NCBI GenBank assembly: GCA_023423695.1
Contig: JAFAFA010000079.1
Location: forward strand, 60,293-124,292
Direction: 5' to 3'
DNA: 64,000 nt
Source: Pseudomonadota bacterium
Lineage (GTDB): Bacteria > Pseudomonadota > Alphaproteobacteria > Azospirillales > Azospirillaceae
Below are positions 49,356 through 59,377 of the stretch, one piece after another. Below the pieces are notes generated by a model that worked only from the letters and a program-made list of their open reading frames with translations, did no database searches and had not been told where the DNA came from. The translations under genes were made by a program, and so were the position numbers. The first letter of the stretch is position 1; the number at the start of each line of letters is the position of its first letter.

Positions 49356-50590
49356 TCGCACAGCCCATGCGCCATCTCCAGGCAAGCCTCCCGGCCGGGC
49401 TGGAAATCCGCGGCGATCCACCAGCCTTCGATGCGCTTCAGTGCTTCGCCGACGGCGGGGCCGCGCGGAATGCCGAGATCGAGCAGGTCGCGGCCGGCAA
49501 TCGGCAGCCGCAGGTCCGGCAGGTCGCCGGCCACTTCCAGCGCCCTCCGCAGGGCCATGAGGTCGAGCGGGCCGTCATGGATGGCAGCGGCCATCATGAG
49601 CAGGTCGCCGAACAGCTCGCCGTCGCCGATGCGGTAAAGCCCCTGGCGCAGCGCCTTGCGGTCGTCGGACGGCGCCAGCGCCACCGGCGGTTCGACAAGG
49701 GCCAGTAGCCGGTCGCGTTCATGGTTGGACAGGCGGAGCGCTTCGGCGGCGCGGAGCGCTCCCGGCCGGTCGCTGTCCAGCACCGCGGCCAGCCGGCGGG
49801 TCGGATCGGGCGTGACGCCCAGGTCGCGCTCGACCGCGATCAGCCGGTCCAGCCGGTCGGTGTCCATCGCCTCCGGAAGCAGGTGGGCCATGATCCCCTG
49901 CCCCATCATCAGCCGCCAGACCGCCGCCGCGCAGGATGCCGTCAGCAGGCGGAACAGCTCCCCCCGCACCCGCTCGCCGGACAGCGTCGGCAGGCGCGGC
50001 GCCAGTTCGCGGCAGGCGGCCATCGCCTCGGCATCGGGTTCGCCGCGGCCGTAATGGGCGTGGAAGCGGAAGAAGCGCAGCAGGCGCAGCACATCCTCCT
50101 CGATCCGCCGCCGGGCTTCCCCGACGAAGCGGACTCGCCCTGCGGCAAGGTCGGCCAACCCGCCGAACGGGTCGAACATCGCGCCGTCCGGCGTGCAGCT
50201 CAACGCGTTCATCGTCAGGTCGCGGCGGGCAGCGTCCTCCACCCAGTCGTCGGTGAACTCGACGCGGGCATGACGGCCGTCCGTCTCGACATCACGCCGC
50301 AGCGTGGTGATCTCGTAGGGCTTGCCGCCGCACAATGCGGTGACGGTGCCATGGGCGATGCCGGTCGGGATGACGCGGATGCCGGCGGCCTGCAGCAGTT
50401 CCATCACCCGTTCCGGCGGAGCGTGGGTGGCGATGTCGATGTCCTTGACCGGGCGTCCAAGCCACGCGTCCCGCACACAGCCGCCGACGAATCGCGCGTC
50501 GGCGCCGCCCGCATCGAGGGCGGCGAACACCGCCCGGCTTTCGGGCGCGGTCATCCAGGGCTGGGGCGACAGGCGTGCGGCAACGGTCAT
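49331..50590 (-). CDS. cca: CCA-adding tRNA nucleotidyltransferase
   Basis: FVGGCVRD, DIDIAT, EITTLR, DAARRDLTMNAL, EDVLRLLRFFRF. Confidence 0.92.
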   Translation of the reverse strand: MTVAARLSPQPWMTAPESRAVFAALDAGGADARFVGGCVRDAWLGRPVKDIDIATHAPPERVMELLQAAGIRVIPTGIAHGTVTALCGGKPYEITTLRRDVETDGRHARVEFTDDWVEDAARRDLTMNALSCTPDGAMFDPFGGLADLAAGRVRFVGEARRRIEEDVLRLLRFFRFHAHYGRGEPDAEAMAACRELAPRLPTLSGERVRGELFRLLTASCAAAVWRLMMGQGIMAHLLPEAMDTDRLDRLIAVERDLGVTPDPTRRLAAVLDSDRPGALRAAEALRLSNHERDRLLALVEPPVALAPSDDRKALRQGLYRIGDGELFGDLLMMAAAIHDGPLDLMALRRALEVAGDLPDLRLPIAGRDLLDLGIPRGPAVGEALKRIEGWWIAADFQPGREACLEMAHGLCDQASGRSA

Positions 50591-50633
50591 GGCGCGCGAC
50601 GCTACCCCATTCCCAAGGCGTCTTCCACCGCCG

Positions 50634-51323
50634 TCAGAGCGGACCGGAGGATGCCCCGCCCTCCCCGGCCTCACGCGCCGCGGCACCCAGCACGTCCCGC
50701 AGGTTCACCAGCATGCCGGCGGTCGCCCCCCAGATGTAGCGCTGCGGATAGGGGAAGGCGTAGAACCAGCGCGGTTTGCCCAGGAATTCGCGGCTGTGGC
50801 GCTGCGGGTTGGACGGGTCGAGGATGAAGGACAGCGGCACCTCGAACACCTCCGCCACCTCGGTCGGGTCGGGCGTCAGGATGAAGGGCGGCGTCACCAC
50901 CCCCACCACCGGCGTCACCCGAAATCCGGTGCGCGTGACATAGGTGTCCAGCCGGCCGACGATCTCGATGCGGCCGCGCTCAAGCCCGATCTCCTCCGCG
51001 GTTTCGCGCAGTGCGGTATCCTCGGGACCGTCATCCTCCGGTTCCATCCGGCCGCCGGGAAAGCTGATCTGCCCGGCATGCGCGCTCAGCGTCGCGGTGC
51101 GCTGGGTGAAGATGACGGTCAGCTCCTCCGGCCGGTCGACCAGCGGAACCAGCACCGCCGCCTCGCGCAGGGTGGCCGGCGGCCCCAGATCCGGATTCAG
51201 ATCGTGGTCTCCGCGGATTTTGGCCGCGTGTTTCGGCGCCATCCGGTTCGACCGGACCGCGTTCTCCACCGCCGCGTCGTCGCTCATGGCCGGAAAACGC
51301 CGGCGAACCTCATCCAGGCTCAA
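50634..51323 (-). CDS. CoA pyrophosphatase (Nudix, NudL/YeaB-like)
   Basis: AAVLVPL, HAGQISFPGG, ALRETAEEIGL, IWGATAGML; TTG start overlapping the upstream stop. Confidence 0.92.
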   Translation of the reverse strand: MSLDEVRRRFPAMSDDAAVENAVRSNRMAPKHAAKIRGDHDLNPDLGPPATLREAAVLVPLVDRPEELTVIFTQRTATLSAHAGQISFPGGRMEPEDDGPEDTALRETAEEIGLERGRIEIVGRLDTYVTRTGFRVTPVVGVVTPPFILTPDPTEVAEVFEVPLSFILDPSNPQRHSREFLGKPRWFYAFPYPQRYIWGATAGMLVNLRDVLGAAAREAGEGGASSGPL

Positions 51324-51886
51324 TCGCCAGGCAGCTTGCCCAGCGCGAAGAAGACCTTGTTGCTCCATAGACCCACCTCGGACTCGCCGGTTTCGGTGCG
51401 GCGCGTCTCGCTGCGCTCCACCATGTCGTAAAACACGGGCCGCAGGATTCGCGCCTCCAGCCGGCTTCTGATCTGGATGTAGGGTGCCGGCTCCCCGGTT
51501 TCAGGGTTTACGGCCACACGGATCGGATGGTCGGGGCCGGCTTCGACCTGATGGTCGAGATTGGTGCGGAAGGACAGGACCTGATCGGCCCCGCTGCCCG
51601 CGACCGTCATCTCTACCGCGACGAAGGGTGCATCCTCCACCACGATCCGGCCGCGCTCGACCGGCGTGACCAGCCAGTAATCGCCATCGTCCTCGCGCCT
51701 GAGGACGGTCGAGAACAATTTCGCCAATTCGATCCTGCGGATCGGATCGCCGTTGTGGAACCAGGTGCCGTCGCGCGCGATGCGGATGTCGTACTGCTCC
51801 AACGTCGGAGTGCGTCCCAGCGCGGCCGGAACATCCACCGGTGTTTCCGATACGGTTGGCCCATCTGCGCGCTTGTCTTTCGCCAT
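51320..51886 (-). CDS. DUF1285-family protein
   Basis: IRIARDGTWFHNG, LFSTVLR, LVTPVE, VEDAPF, FRTN, PYI; the usual neighbour of Nudix/cca and MoxR. Confidence 0.85.
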   Translation of the reverse strand: MAKDKRADGPTVSETPVDVPAALGRTPTLEQYDIRIARDGTWFHNGDPIRRIELAKLFSTVLRREDDGDYWLVTPVERGRIVVEDAPFVAVEMTVAGSGADQVLSFRTNLDHQVEAGPDHPIRVAVNPETGEPAPYIQIRSRLEARILRPVFYDMVERSETRRTETGESEVGLWSNKVFFALGKLPGD

Positions 51887-52144
51887 TGCGTTACCGACCT
51901 TCATGGGATTGGGAACTGTTTTGTCCCCGAACATGCGTATTTTCGCCACACTCGACCGTTAGGTCCACTCCAATGGTCCGTCGGCCTACCCGGTCCGGCA
52001 GCGGGATCCGGAAAATGGGTGTCGACAACGCGCAGGAACAGGGCCAACCATGCGGATCCCGTGTTTCCCGTCGCGGAGGACCGCGACTGCCACGCCGAAC
52101 CGGCCCATCTTGGGGCCAGCCCATCATCGGGGGAGCAGCAGACC

Positions 52145-53170
52145 TTGAGCGCACAGGACATCCTGAGGGGACAGCCTCCCGTGCCGGAGGACCCGCAACG
52201 GCTGATGGAGGAGATCGAGGCGCTGGGCGACCGGCTGGCCTCCGTCCGTGACCGCATCGGCCGCGTGATCTTCGGCCAGCAGGAGGTGATCGACCGCACG
52301 CTGGTCACGCTTCTGGCGGGCGGCCATGTGCTGCTGATCGGCGTTCCCGGCCTTGCCAAGACGCGGCTGGTGGAAACGCTGGGCATCGTGCTCGGCCTCG
52401 CCGAGAAGCGCATCCAGTGCACGCCCGACCTGATGCCCGCCGACATCCTGGGTTCCGAAGTGCTGGAGGAGGGCGACAACGGCCGCCGGTCCTTCCGCTT
52501 CCTGCCCGGCCCGGTGTTCAGCCAGCTGCTGATGGCGGACGAGATCAACCGCGCCAGCCCGCGCACCCAGTCGGCGCTGCTGCAGGCGATGCAGGAGCAC
52601 CGCGTGTCGGTCGCCGGCCAGTACCACCCCCTGCCCCAGCCCTTCCACGTCTTGGCGACCCAGAACCCGCTGGAGCAGGAAGGCACCTATCCGCTGCCGG
52701 AAGCCCAGCTCGACCGCTTCCTGATGCAGATCGACGTCGAATACCCGGACCGCGAGGCCGAGCGCCGGATGATGATCGCCACCACCGGTTCCGCCGACGA
52801 GCGCGCGGTGACGGTGCTGTCCGCCGCCGACCTGCAGGCGGCGCAACGCCTCGTCCGCCGCGTGCCGGTGGGTGAAGGGGTGGTCGACGGCATCCTCGAC
52901 CTCGTCCGCCGCGGCAGGCCGGAGATGTCGGAGCTGCTGGAGGTGCGCCAGCACGTCGCCTGGGGGCCGGGCCCGCGCGCCAGCCAGTCGCTGATGCTTG
53001 CCGCCCGTGCCCGCGCCGTGCTGGACGGCCGGCTGTCGCCCTCGCTGGACGATGTGGTGGCGCTGGCAAAGCCGATCCTGAAGCACCGCATGGCGCTGAA
53101 TTTCGCCGCGCGGGCCGACGGGGTGACGCTGGACGACGTCATCGACCGCCTCTGCGCCCCCCTGATGTGA
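52145..53170 (+). CDS. MoxR-family AAA+ ATPase
   Basis: GVPGLAKT, TPDLMPADI, ADEINRA, ATQNPLEQEGTYPLPEAQLDRF; TTG start after a GGGGAG RBS. Confidence 0.94.
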   Translation: MSAQDILRGQPPVPEDPQRLMEEIEALGDRLASVRDRIGRVIFGQQEVIDRTLVTLLAGGHVLLIGVPGLAKTRLVETLGIVLGLAEKRIQCTPDLMPADILGSEVLEEGDNGRRSFRFLPGPVFSQLLMADEINRASPRTQSALLQAMQEHRVSVAGQYHPLPQPFHVLATQNPLEQEGTYPLPEAQLDRFLMQIDVEYPDREAERRMMIATTGSADERAVTVLSAADLQAAQRLVRRVPVGEGVVDGILDLVRRGRPEMSELLEVRQHVAWGPGPRASQSLMLAARARAVLDGRLSPSLDDVVALAKPILKHRMALNFAARADGVTLDDVIDRLCAPLM

Positions 53171-53191
53171 CCCCTTCGGAGCGGAGCCACG

Positions 53192-54109
53192 ATGCCGCGC
53201 AGTCCAGCCCCACAGCCCAAGACCCAGGTGGCGACGACGCTGCTCGCCCGGCATCGTGCGGAGGAGTTGGCGTCCGCCCTTCCCCCGCTTCTGGTCGCGG
53301 CGGAACGGGTGGCCGCCACCGTCGCCCAGGGCGTGCACGGCCGGCGTCGCGTCGGGCTGGGCGAGACCTTCTGGCAGTTCCGCCGCTACCAGCCCGGCGA
53401 CGCGCCGTCGATGATCGACTGGCGCCAGTCCGCCAAGACCCAGCCGGTCTATGTGCGCGAGAACGAATGGGAGGCGGCACAGAGCGTCTGGCTGTGGCGC
53501 GACCGCTCGCCCTCCATGGATTTCCGCTCCGCCCCCGGCCTGCCGACCAAGCGCGAGCGGGCCGACCTGCTGACGCTCGCCACCGCCGTCCTGCTGGCGC
53601 GCGGCGGCGAGCGGGTGGCGCTGCTGAACAGCGGCGTGCGCCCCGACCATGGCAAGACCGCCATCGACCGCATTGCCCGGCTGATGACCGACCCGCGCGC
53701 CGCCGCGTCCCCGGATCCCCTGCCGCGGGTGGAGCCCCTGCCCCGCCACGCCCAGACCGTGCTGTTCGGTGATCTGCTGTCCCCCCTGCCGGAAATCCAC
53801 GCCACCGTGGCCGGCCTGACGGGGCGCGGCCTGCGTGGCCATCTGGTCCAGATCCTCGATCCGGCGGAGGAGACGCTGCCCTATGACGGCCGCGTCGATT
53901 TCCACGGCATGGAGGGCGAGCAGAATTTGCTGGTCCCGCGGGTGGAGGCGGTGCGCGAGGCCTACCGCGAGCGCCTGAAGACGCAGCAGGACGGCTTGGC
54001 CGCGCTGGCCCGCACCGCAGGATGGAGCTTCGCCGTCCACCGCACCGACCGTTCCCCGCAATCGGCGCTGCTCACCCTATGGGGTGCGATGGCGATGGAG
54101 GCGGTGTGA
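53192..54109 (+). CDS. DUF58-family protein
   Basis: GVHGRRRVG, FWQFRRYQPGD, IDWRQSAK, DRSPSM, QILDPAE. Confidence 0.9.
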   Translation: MPRSPAPQPKTQVATTLLARHRAEELASALPPLLVAAERVAATVAQGVHGRRRVGLGETFWQFRRYQPGDAPSMIDWRQSAKTQPVYVRENEWEAAQSVWLWRDRSPSMDFRSAPGLPTKRERADLLTLATAVLLARGGERVALLNSGVRPDHGKTAIDRIARLMTDPRAAASPDPLPRVEPLPRHAQTVLFGDLLSPLPEIHATVAGLTGRGLRGHLVQILDPAEETLPYDGRVDFHGMEGEQNLLVPRVEAVREAYRERLKTQQDGLAALARTAGWSFAVHRTDRSPQSALLTLWGAMAMEAV

Positions 54110-54142
54110 AGCGGCGGCCGGCGTCCCATACTCATGAACGGT

Positions 54143-54169
54143 CGTCATCTCCGCGCAGGCGCGGATGAC
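54143..54169. repeat. Short REP-like palindrome within the MoxR operon
   Basis: GTCA-tc-TCCGCG-cagg-CGCGGA-TGAC hairpin. Confidence 0.35.
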
Positions 54170-54204
54170 CGATTTCCGCCCCTCCCCCTCTTGAAGACGC
54201 GCCA

Positions 54205-56928
54205 ATGCTGGGTCTCGGACCGATCGCCTTCGCCGCCCCCTGGGTCTTGACCGCACTGGCCGCCTTGCCGGTTCTGTGGTGGCTGTTGCGCGTCACGCCG
54301 CCGGCGCCGCGCGCCGTCCAATTTCCCGCCATCCGCCTGCTGCGCGACCTGATCGCGCAGGAGGAGACGCCGGCCCGCACGCCCTGGTGGCTCCTGTTGC
54401 TGCGCCTGATCGTGGCGGCGCTGATCATCCTGGCGCTGGCAGGGCCGCTGCTGAACCCGCGGGCGGCGCTGCCGGGCGGCGGGCCGCTTCTGCTGGTCGT
54501 CGACAATGGCTGGGCCTCCGGCCGCGACTGGCCGACGCGCAAGCGCACCATGGACGAGATGATCGCCCAGGCCGAGCGCCAGCAGCGGCCGGTCATCCTG
54601 CTGCCGACCGCCCCGCCGGCCGATGGCCAGCCGATCCATGCCAGCGCCGTCCTGCCCGCCGCCGAGGCCCGCCGTCTGGCCCAGGCGCTGGCTCCCCTGC
54701 CCTGGCCAACCGATCGGGCCGCGGCGCTTGAGGCGCTGAAGGCAGTGGCAACCCAAACGAACGGCCGCGGCTCCATTCACGCGGTATGGCTCAGCGACGG
54801 TATCGGCGACGGCCGTGCCGCGGCGCTGGCGGCCGGGCTGCAGCGGCTGGGCTCCGCCGACGTGATCGACGATGCCGCCGAACGCCCGCCGCACCTGCTG
54901 CTTCCGCCGTCGAGCGAGGGCACGGTGCTGACCGCCCGCATCGTCCGCGCCGACCCGTCCCGGCCGGAGCCGGTGACCGTCCGCCTCACCGCCGCCGACG
55001 GCCGGCTGCTGACCCGCCAGACCGTGGCCTTCGAGCCGGGCCAGAAGACGCGGGAGGTGCGCCTCGACGTGCCCACCGAGCTGCGCAATGACGCCGCCGC
55101 CCTGCGGGTGGAGGGCGACACCACCGCCGGCGCCACCGTGCTGCTGGACGAGCGCTGGCGCCGCCGCCCGGTCGGGCTGGTTTCCGGCCGCTCGGAGGGG
55201 GAAAGCCAGCCGCTGCTGTCGGACCTCTATTACCTCGAGCGCGCCCTGTCGCCCTACAACGAGGTGCGGCGCGGCGACACGCTGGACCTGCTGAAACGCG
55301 ATCTTGCGGTCCTGATCCTGTCCGACATCGGCGCCCTGACCGGCAGCGAGGTGCAGGACATCGAGGATTGGGTGAAGAAGGGCGGCGTTCTGCTGCGCTT
55401 CGCCGGGCCGCGTCTGGCCCAGCATGCCGACACGCTGGTGCCGGTCCGGCTGCGCATCGGCGACCGCGCGCTGGGTGGCGCCCTGTCCTGGTCGGAGCCG
55501 GCGCGGCTGCAGCCCTTCCCGGCCAAGTCGCCCTTCGAAGGGCTGACGATCCCCGCCGACGTTCAGGTCAACCGGCAGGTGCTGGCTGAACCGGCGCTGG
55601 ATCTGGCCGACCGCACCTGGGCGCGTCTGGCCGACGGCACGCCGCTGGTGACCTCGCAGAAGCGTGGCGACGGCTGGATCGTGCTGGTCCACACCACGGC
55701 CAACCCCGACTGGTCGAACCTGCCGCTGTCGGGCCTGTATGTCGATATGCTGCGCCGGCTGGTGGCGCTCAGCGGCGGCGTGACGGGCACCGCAGCGACT
55801 ACCTCGCTTGACCCGGTCGAGGTGCTGGACGGAACCGGGCGCCTCATTCCGCCACCGCCTACCGCTTTCCCGATTCCCGGCAATGCCGGCGCTGACGTGA
55901 TCGGGCCGCGCCACCCGCCGGGCTTCTACGGAACCGACGATGCCCGCCGAGCCCTGAACCTGTCATCCGCCGTCACCACCATCGATCCGCTGCCGCCCAT
56001 GCCGGCCGGCGTCGGGCGCGACGGCTATGGCGGCCGGGGCGAGGTTCCCTTGAAGCCGTCGCTGCTGGCTGCGGCACTCGCCCTGCTGTCCATCGACCTG
56101 CTGATCGCGCTGGCGCTCCGCGGCCTGCTGCGTGCGCCCCGTCTGCGCCGCGGGGCCGGCGGGGCGGCGGCCGGCTTGCTTCTGGCCGTGGCGCTCGCCG
56201 CCGCGCCGCAACCGGTGCGGGCGCAGGACCAGGACAATGCGGTCAAGGTGACGGCGGAGACCTATCTCGCCTATGTCCAGACCGGCGACAGCGGCGTCGA
56301 CGACACCTCCCGCGCCGGGCTGGAGGGGCTGGTCAGCGTTCTCGGCCTGCGCACGGCGGTGGAGGCGGCGGGAGCGGTCGGCGTCGATCCGGAGCGGGAC
56401 GAACTGGCCTTCTACCCCCTGCTCTACTGGCCCGTTTCCGACCGGCAGAGGCCGCTGTCGGACCATGCGCGCCAGCGGGTGAACGAGTACATGCGCAGCG
56501 GCGGCACCATCCTGTTCGACACCCGCGATCAGGCGCCGGGCGGCGGTTCCGGCATTCTGCAGCGTCTGGTGCAGGGGCTGGACATCCCGCCGCTGGCCCC
56601 GGTGCCGCAGGACCATGTGCTGCGCAAGTCCTTCTATCTGCTGACAGATTTCCCCGGACGGCAGGCCGGCGGCCAGCTGTGGATCGAAGCGCGGGAGGGG
56701 CCGGCCAATGACGGCGTCTCCTCCGTCGTGATCGGCGGCAATGACTGGGCCTCCGCCTGGGCGGTCAGCCGCAACGGCCAGCCGATGTACGCGGTCATCC
56801 CCGGCGGCGAGCGCCAGCGCGAGATGGCCTATCGCTTCGGCGTGAATGTCGTGATGTACGCCCTGACCGGCAACTACAAGGCCGATCAGGTCCATGTGCC
56901 CGCCATCCTGGAAAGGTTCGGCCAGTAA
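54205..56928 (+). CDS. BatA N-terminal / DUF4159 membrane protein
   Basis: N-terminal double TM (LWWLLRVTPP...PWWLLLLR), VVDNGWAS, internal GATase-like region, C-terminal AYRFGVNVVMYALTGNYKADQVH. Confidence 0.85.
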   Translation: MLGLGPIAFAAPWVLTALAALPVLWWLLRVTPPAPRAVQFPAIRLLRDLIAQEETPARTPWWLLLLRLIVAALIILALAGPLLNPRAALPGGGPLLLVVDNGWASGRDWPTRKRTMDEMIAQAERQQRPVILLPTAPPADGQPIHASAVLPAAEARRLAQALAPLPWPTDRAAALEALKAVATQTNGRGSIHAVWLSDGIGDGRAAALAAGLQRLGSADVIDDAAERPPHLLLPPSSEGTVLTARIVRADPSRPEPVTVRLTAADGRLLTRQTVAFEPGQKTREVRLDVPTELRNDAAALRVEGDTTAGATVLLDERWRRRPVGLVSGRSEGESQPLLSDLYYLERALSPYNEVRRGDTLDLLKRDLAVLILSDIGALTGSEVQDIEDWVKKGGVLLRFAGPRLAQHADTLVPVRLRIGDRALGGALSWSEPARLQPFPAKSPFEGLTIPADVQVNRQVLAEPALDLADRTWARLADGTPLVTSQKRGDGWIVLVHTTANPDWSNLPLSGLYVDMLRRLVALSGGVTGTAATTSLDPVEVLDGTGRLIPPPPTAFPIPGNAGADVIGPRHPPGFYGTDDARRALNLSSAVTTIDPLPPMPAGVGRDGYGGRGEVPLKPSLLAAALALLSIDLLIALALRGLLRAPRLRRGAGGAAAGLLLAVALAAAPQPVRAQDQDNAVKVTAETYLAYVQTGDSGVDDTSRAGLEGLVSVLGLRTAVEAAGAVGVDPERDELAFYPLLYWPVSDRQRPLSDHARQRVNEYMRSGGTILFDTRDQAPGGGSGILQRLVQGLDIPPLAPVPQDHVLRKSFYLLTDFPGRQAGGQLWIEAREGPANDGVSSVVIGGNDWASAWAVSRNGQPMYAVIPGGERQREMAYRFGVNVVMYALTGNYKADQVHVPAILERFGQ

Positions 56929-59033
56929 TGCCCGTCGATCTGCTCTCCGGACTTTCGGTGGCTCTGGCGCCGCTGCTGCCCTGGCCGGTGTTGGGCGTCC
57001 TGGTCGGCTTCGCCCTGCTGGTGGTGCTGGTCGCGGCCCTGCGCCGGGCGCGCGGCACGCTGCTTCGCCTGCTGGCGGTGATCGTGCTGGCGCTGGCCCT
57101 GATCAACCCGTCACTGGTGCAGGAGAAGCGCGACCCGATCAAGGACGTCGCCGTGATCGTGGTCGATGATTCACCGAGCCAGGCCATCGGCGACCGCCGC
57201 GCCCGCACCGATCGGGCGGTGGAACAGCTGACCGAACGGTTGAAGCGCTTCGACGACCTGGAGGTGCGCGTGGCGCGCACCGGCGAAGGAGCCGAGGCCG
57301 GCGGCACGATCAACGAGACTCACCTGTTCGACACGCTGAACCGCGCGATGGCCGACGTTCCGCGCCGCCGCATGGCGGGCGCCGTCTTCATCACCGACGG
57401 ACAGGTGCATGACGTGCCGCAGGTGCCGGGCAAGCTGGCCGACATCGGTCCCGTCCACACCCTGCTGACCGGCGACCGTAACGAGGGCGACCGCCGCATC
57501 GCCATCGTGCAGGCGCCCAACTACGGCCTTGTCGGCAAGTCGGTGGAATTGACCATTCGCGTCGACGACATGCCGGGACGGCAATCCCCCGACGCTGCGG
57601 TGACCCTGCGCCAGGACGGCGGCGCGCCGGGCACCATCCGCGTTCCGGTGGGACAGGACGTGCGGATCGACCTGCCGGTCACCCATGGCGGGCAGAATGT
57701 CCTGGAACTGGAGGTGGAGCCGGCGAAGCAGGAGCTGACGCTTGCCAACAACCGTGCCGCGGTGGTGGTGAACGGCGTCCGCGACCGGCTGCGCGTTCTG
57801 CTGGTCTCCGGCGAGCCCCATGCCGGCGAGCGCACATGGCGCAACCTGCTGAAGGCAGACCCCGCCGTCGATCTGGTCCATTTCACCATCCTGCGCCCGC
57901 CCGAAAAGCAGGACGGCACGCCGATCCGCGAGCTGTCGCTGATCGCCTTCCCGATCCGCGAGCTGTTCGAGGTGAAGCTCGACGAATTCGACCTCATCAT
58001 CTTCGACCGCTACCGCCGCCGCGGCGTGCTGCCGCAGATGTATCTGGAGAACATCGCCGACTATGTGCGCAAGGGCGGCGCCCTGCTGGAGGCGTCGGGC
58101 CAGGGCTATGCCTCGCCGCTGTCGCTTTACCGCACGCCGTTGGGCGCCATTCTCCCCGCCGCCCCCAGCGGGCAGACGGTGGACCGTCCCTTCCTGCCGA
58201 CCGTCACCGATGTCGGCCGCCGCCATCCGGTGACCGCCGGGCTGCCCGGCGACCGGGTGGATGCCCCGCCGACCTGGGGCCGCTGGTTTCATCAGGTCGA
58301 TGTCGCTCCCAATGGCGGCACCGTGGTGATGCAGGGCGCCGACAACCGCCCGCTTCTCCTGCTGGACCGCGTCGGCAAAGGCCGGGTGGCGCAGCTCGCC
58401 TCCGACCAGATCTGGCTGTGGAGCCGCGGTTTCGAAGGCGGAGGTCCGCAGGCGGAGCTTCTGCGCCGCCTCGCCCATTGGCTGATGAAGGAACCGGAGC
58501 TGGAGGAGAACGATCTGCGCGCCCGCGTGGACGGCAACCGCATCACGGTGGAACGCCGCTCCCTCACTCCGGATCCGCGTTCGGTCACGCTCACCGACCC
58601 GTCCGACCAGACAAGCACGCTGCAGCTGGCCGACGACAAGACCGGCCGCGCCATTGCGACGGTGACGGCCAGTGCGCCCGGGATCTACCGCATCTCCGAC
58701 GGGGAGCGGACGACGCTGGCGGTGGTGGGTGCGGTCAACACGCCCGAACTGGCAGACGTGCGCTCTACCGGCGACCGGATGCAGCCGGTGGCCGAGGCGA
58801 CCGGAGGCGGCATCCATTGGATCAACGACACCGACAACGGTCCTAACCCCGGCATCGACGTGCGTCGCACCCAGGCCAACCGCAGCCAGAGCGGCTCCGG
58901 TTGGATCGGCCTGCGGGCCAACGGCGACTATACGGTGACCGGGGTGACGGAGGTGCCGCTGCTGCCGGTGGGTGCGGTTCTGGCCCTGGTGCTGGGTGGC
59001 CTCTTGATGGCGTGGCGGCGGGAGGGACGCTGA
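56928..59033 (+). CDS. vWA/glutamine-amidotransferase-like membrane protein
   Basis: Two N-terminal TMs, MIDAS-like DDSPSQ and ITDG, DLVHFTILRPPEKQD, C-terminal TM ending WRREGR. Confidence 0.8.
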   Translation: MPVDLLSGLSVALAPLLPWPVLGVLVGFALLVVLVAALRRARGTLLRLLAVIVLALALINPSLVQEKRDPIKDVAVIVVDDSPSQAIGDRRARTDRAVEQLTERLKRFDDLEVRVARTGEGAEAGGTINETHLFDTLNRAMADVPRRRMAGAVFITDGQVHDVPQVPGKLADIGPVHTLLTGDRNEGDRRIAIVQAPNYGLVGKSVELTIRVDDMPGRQSPDAAVTLRQDGGAPGTIRVPVGQDVRIDLPVTHGGQNVLELEVEPAKQELTLANNRAAVVVNGVRDRLRVLLVSGEPHAGERTWRNLLKADPAVDLVHFTILRPPEKQDGTPIRELSLIAFPIRELFEVKLDEFDLIIFDRYRRRGVLPQMYLENIADYVRKGGALLEASGQGYASPLSLYRTPLGAILPAAPSGQTVDRPFLPTVTDVGRRHPVTAGLPGDRVDAPPTWGRWFHQVDVAPNGGTVVMQGADNRPLLLLDRVGKGRVAQLASDQIWLWSRGFEGGGPQAELLRRLAHWLMKEPELEENDLRARVDGNRITVERRSLTPDPRSVTLTDPSDQTSTLQLADDKTGRAIATVTASAPGIYRISDGERTTLAVVGAVNTPELADVRSTGDRMQPVAEATGGGIHWINDTDNGPNPGIDVRRTQANRSQSGSGWIGLRANGDYTVTGVTEVPLLPVGAVLALVLGGLLMAWRREGR

Positions 59034-59043
59034 CCGGCCGGAG

Positions 59044-59079
59044 GGCTGTTTTCTCGGCGAAAATTTTCCGAAAACAGCC
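59044..59079 (+). terminator. Inverted repeat after the MoxR operon
   Basis: GGCTGTTTTC...GAAAACAGCC, a 10-bp inverted repeat. Confidence 0.45.
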
Positions 59080-59081
59080 TG

Positions 59082-59110
59082 TTGCGTTCAGCCGGGCTTC
59101 CGATTATGGT
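59082..59110 (+). promoter_or_regulatory. Putative sigma70 promoter of tRNA-Gln
   Basis: TTGCGT-N17-TATGGT, about 40 nt upstream of the tRNA. Confidence 0.55.
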
Positions 59111-59150
59111 GCCGCTCCTTCCGGCGATACGAGTTGATCGCCGCGCCGGT

Positions 59151-59225
<75 letters not shown>

Positions 59226-59377
59226 ACTTTCCCCTCTTCAGAATCCACTCGTTCAGCGTCTCGCATCACGCGACGTCCGCTGTCAGAACGCTATTTGGGC
59301 TGAACAGGCGGTTGCGATGCCGTCGACGTGGAGTGCAGTGGAACGGCCCTGCTGCATTCCGTCCGATCCACCGCAAT

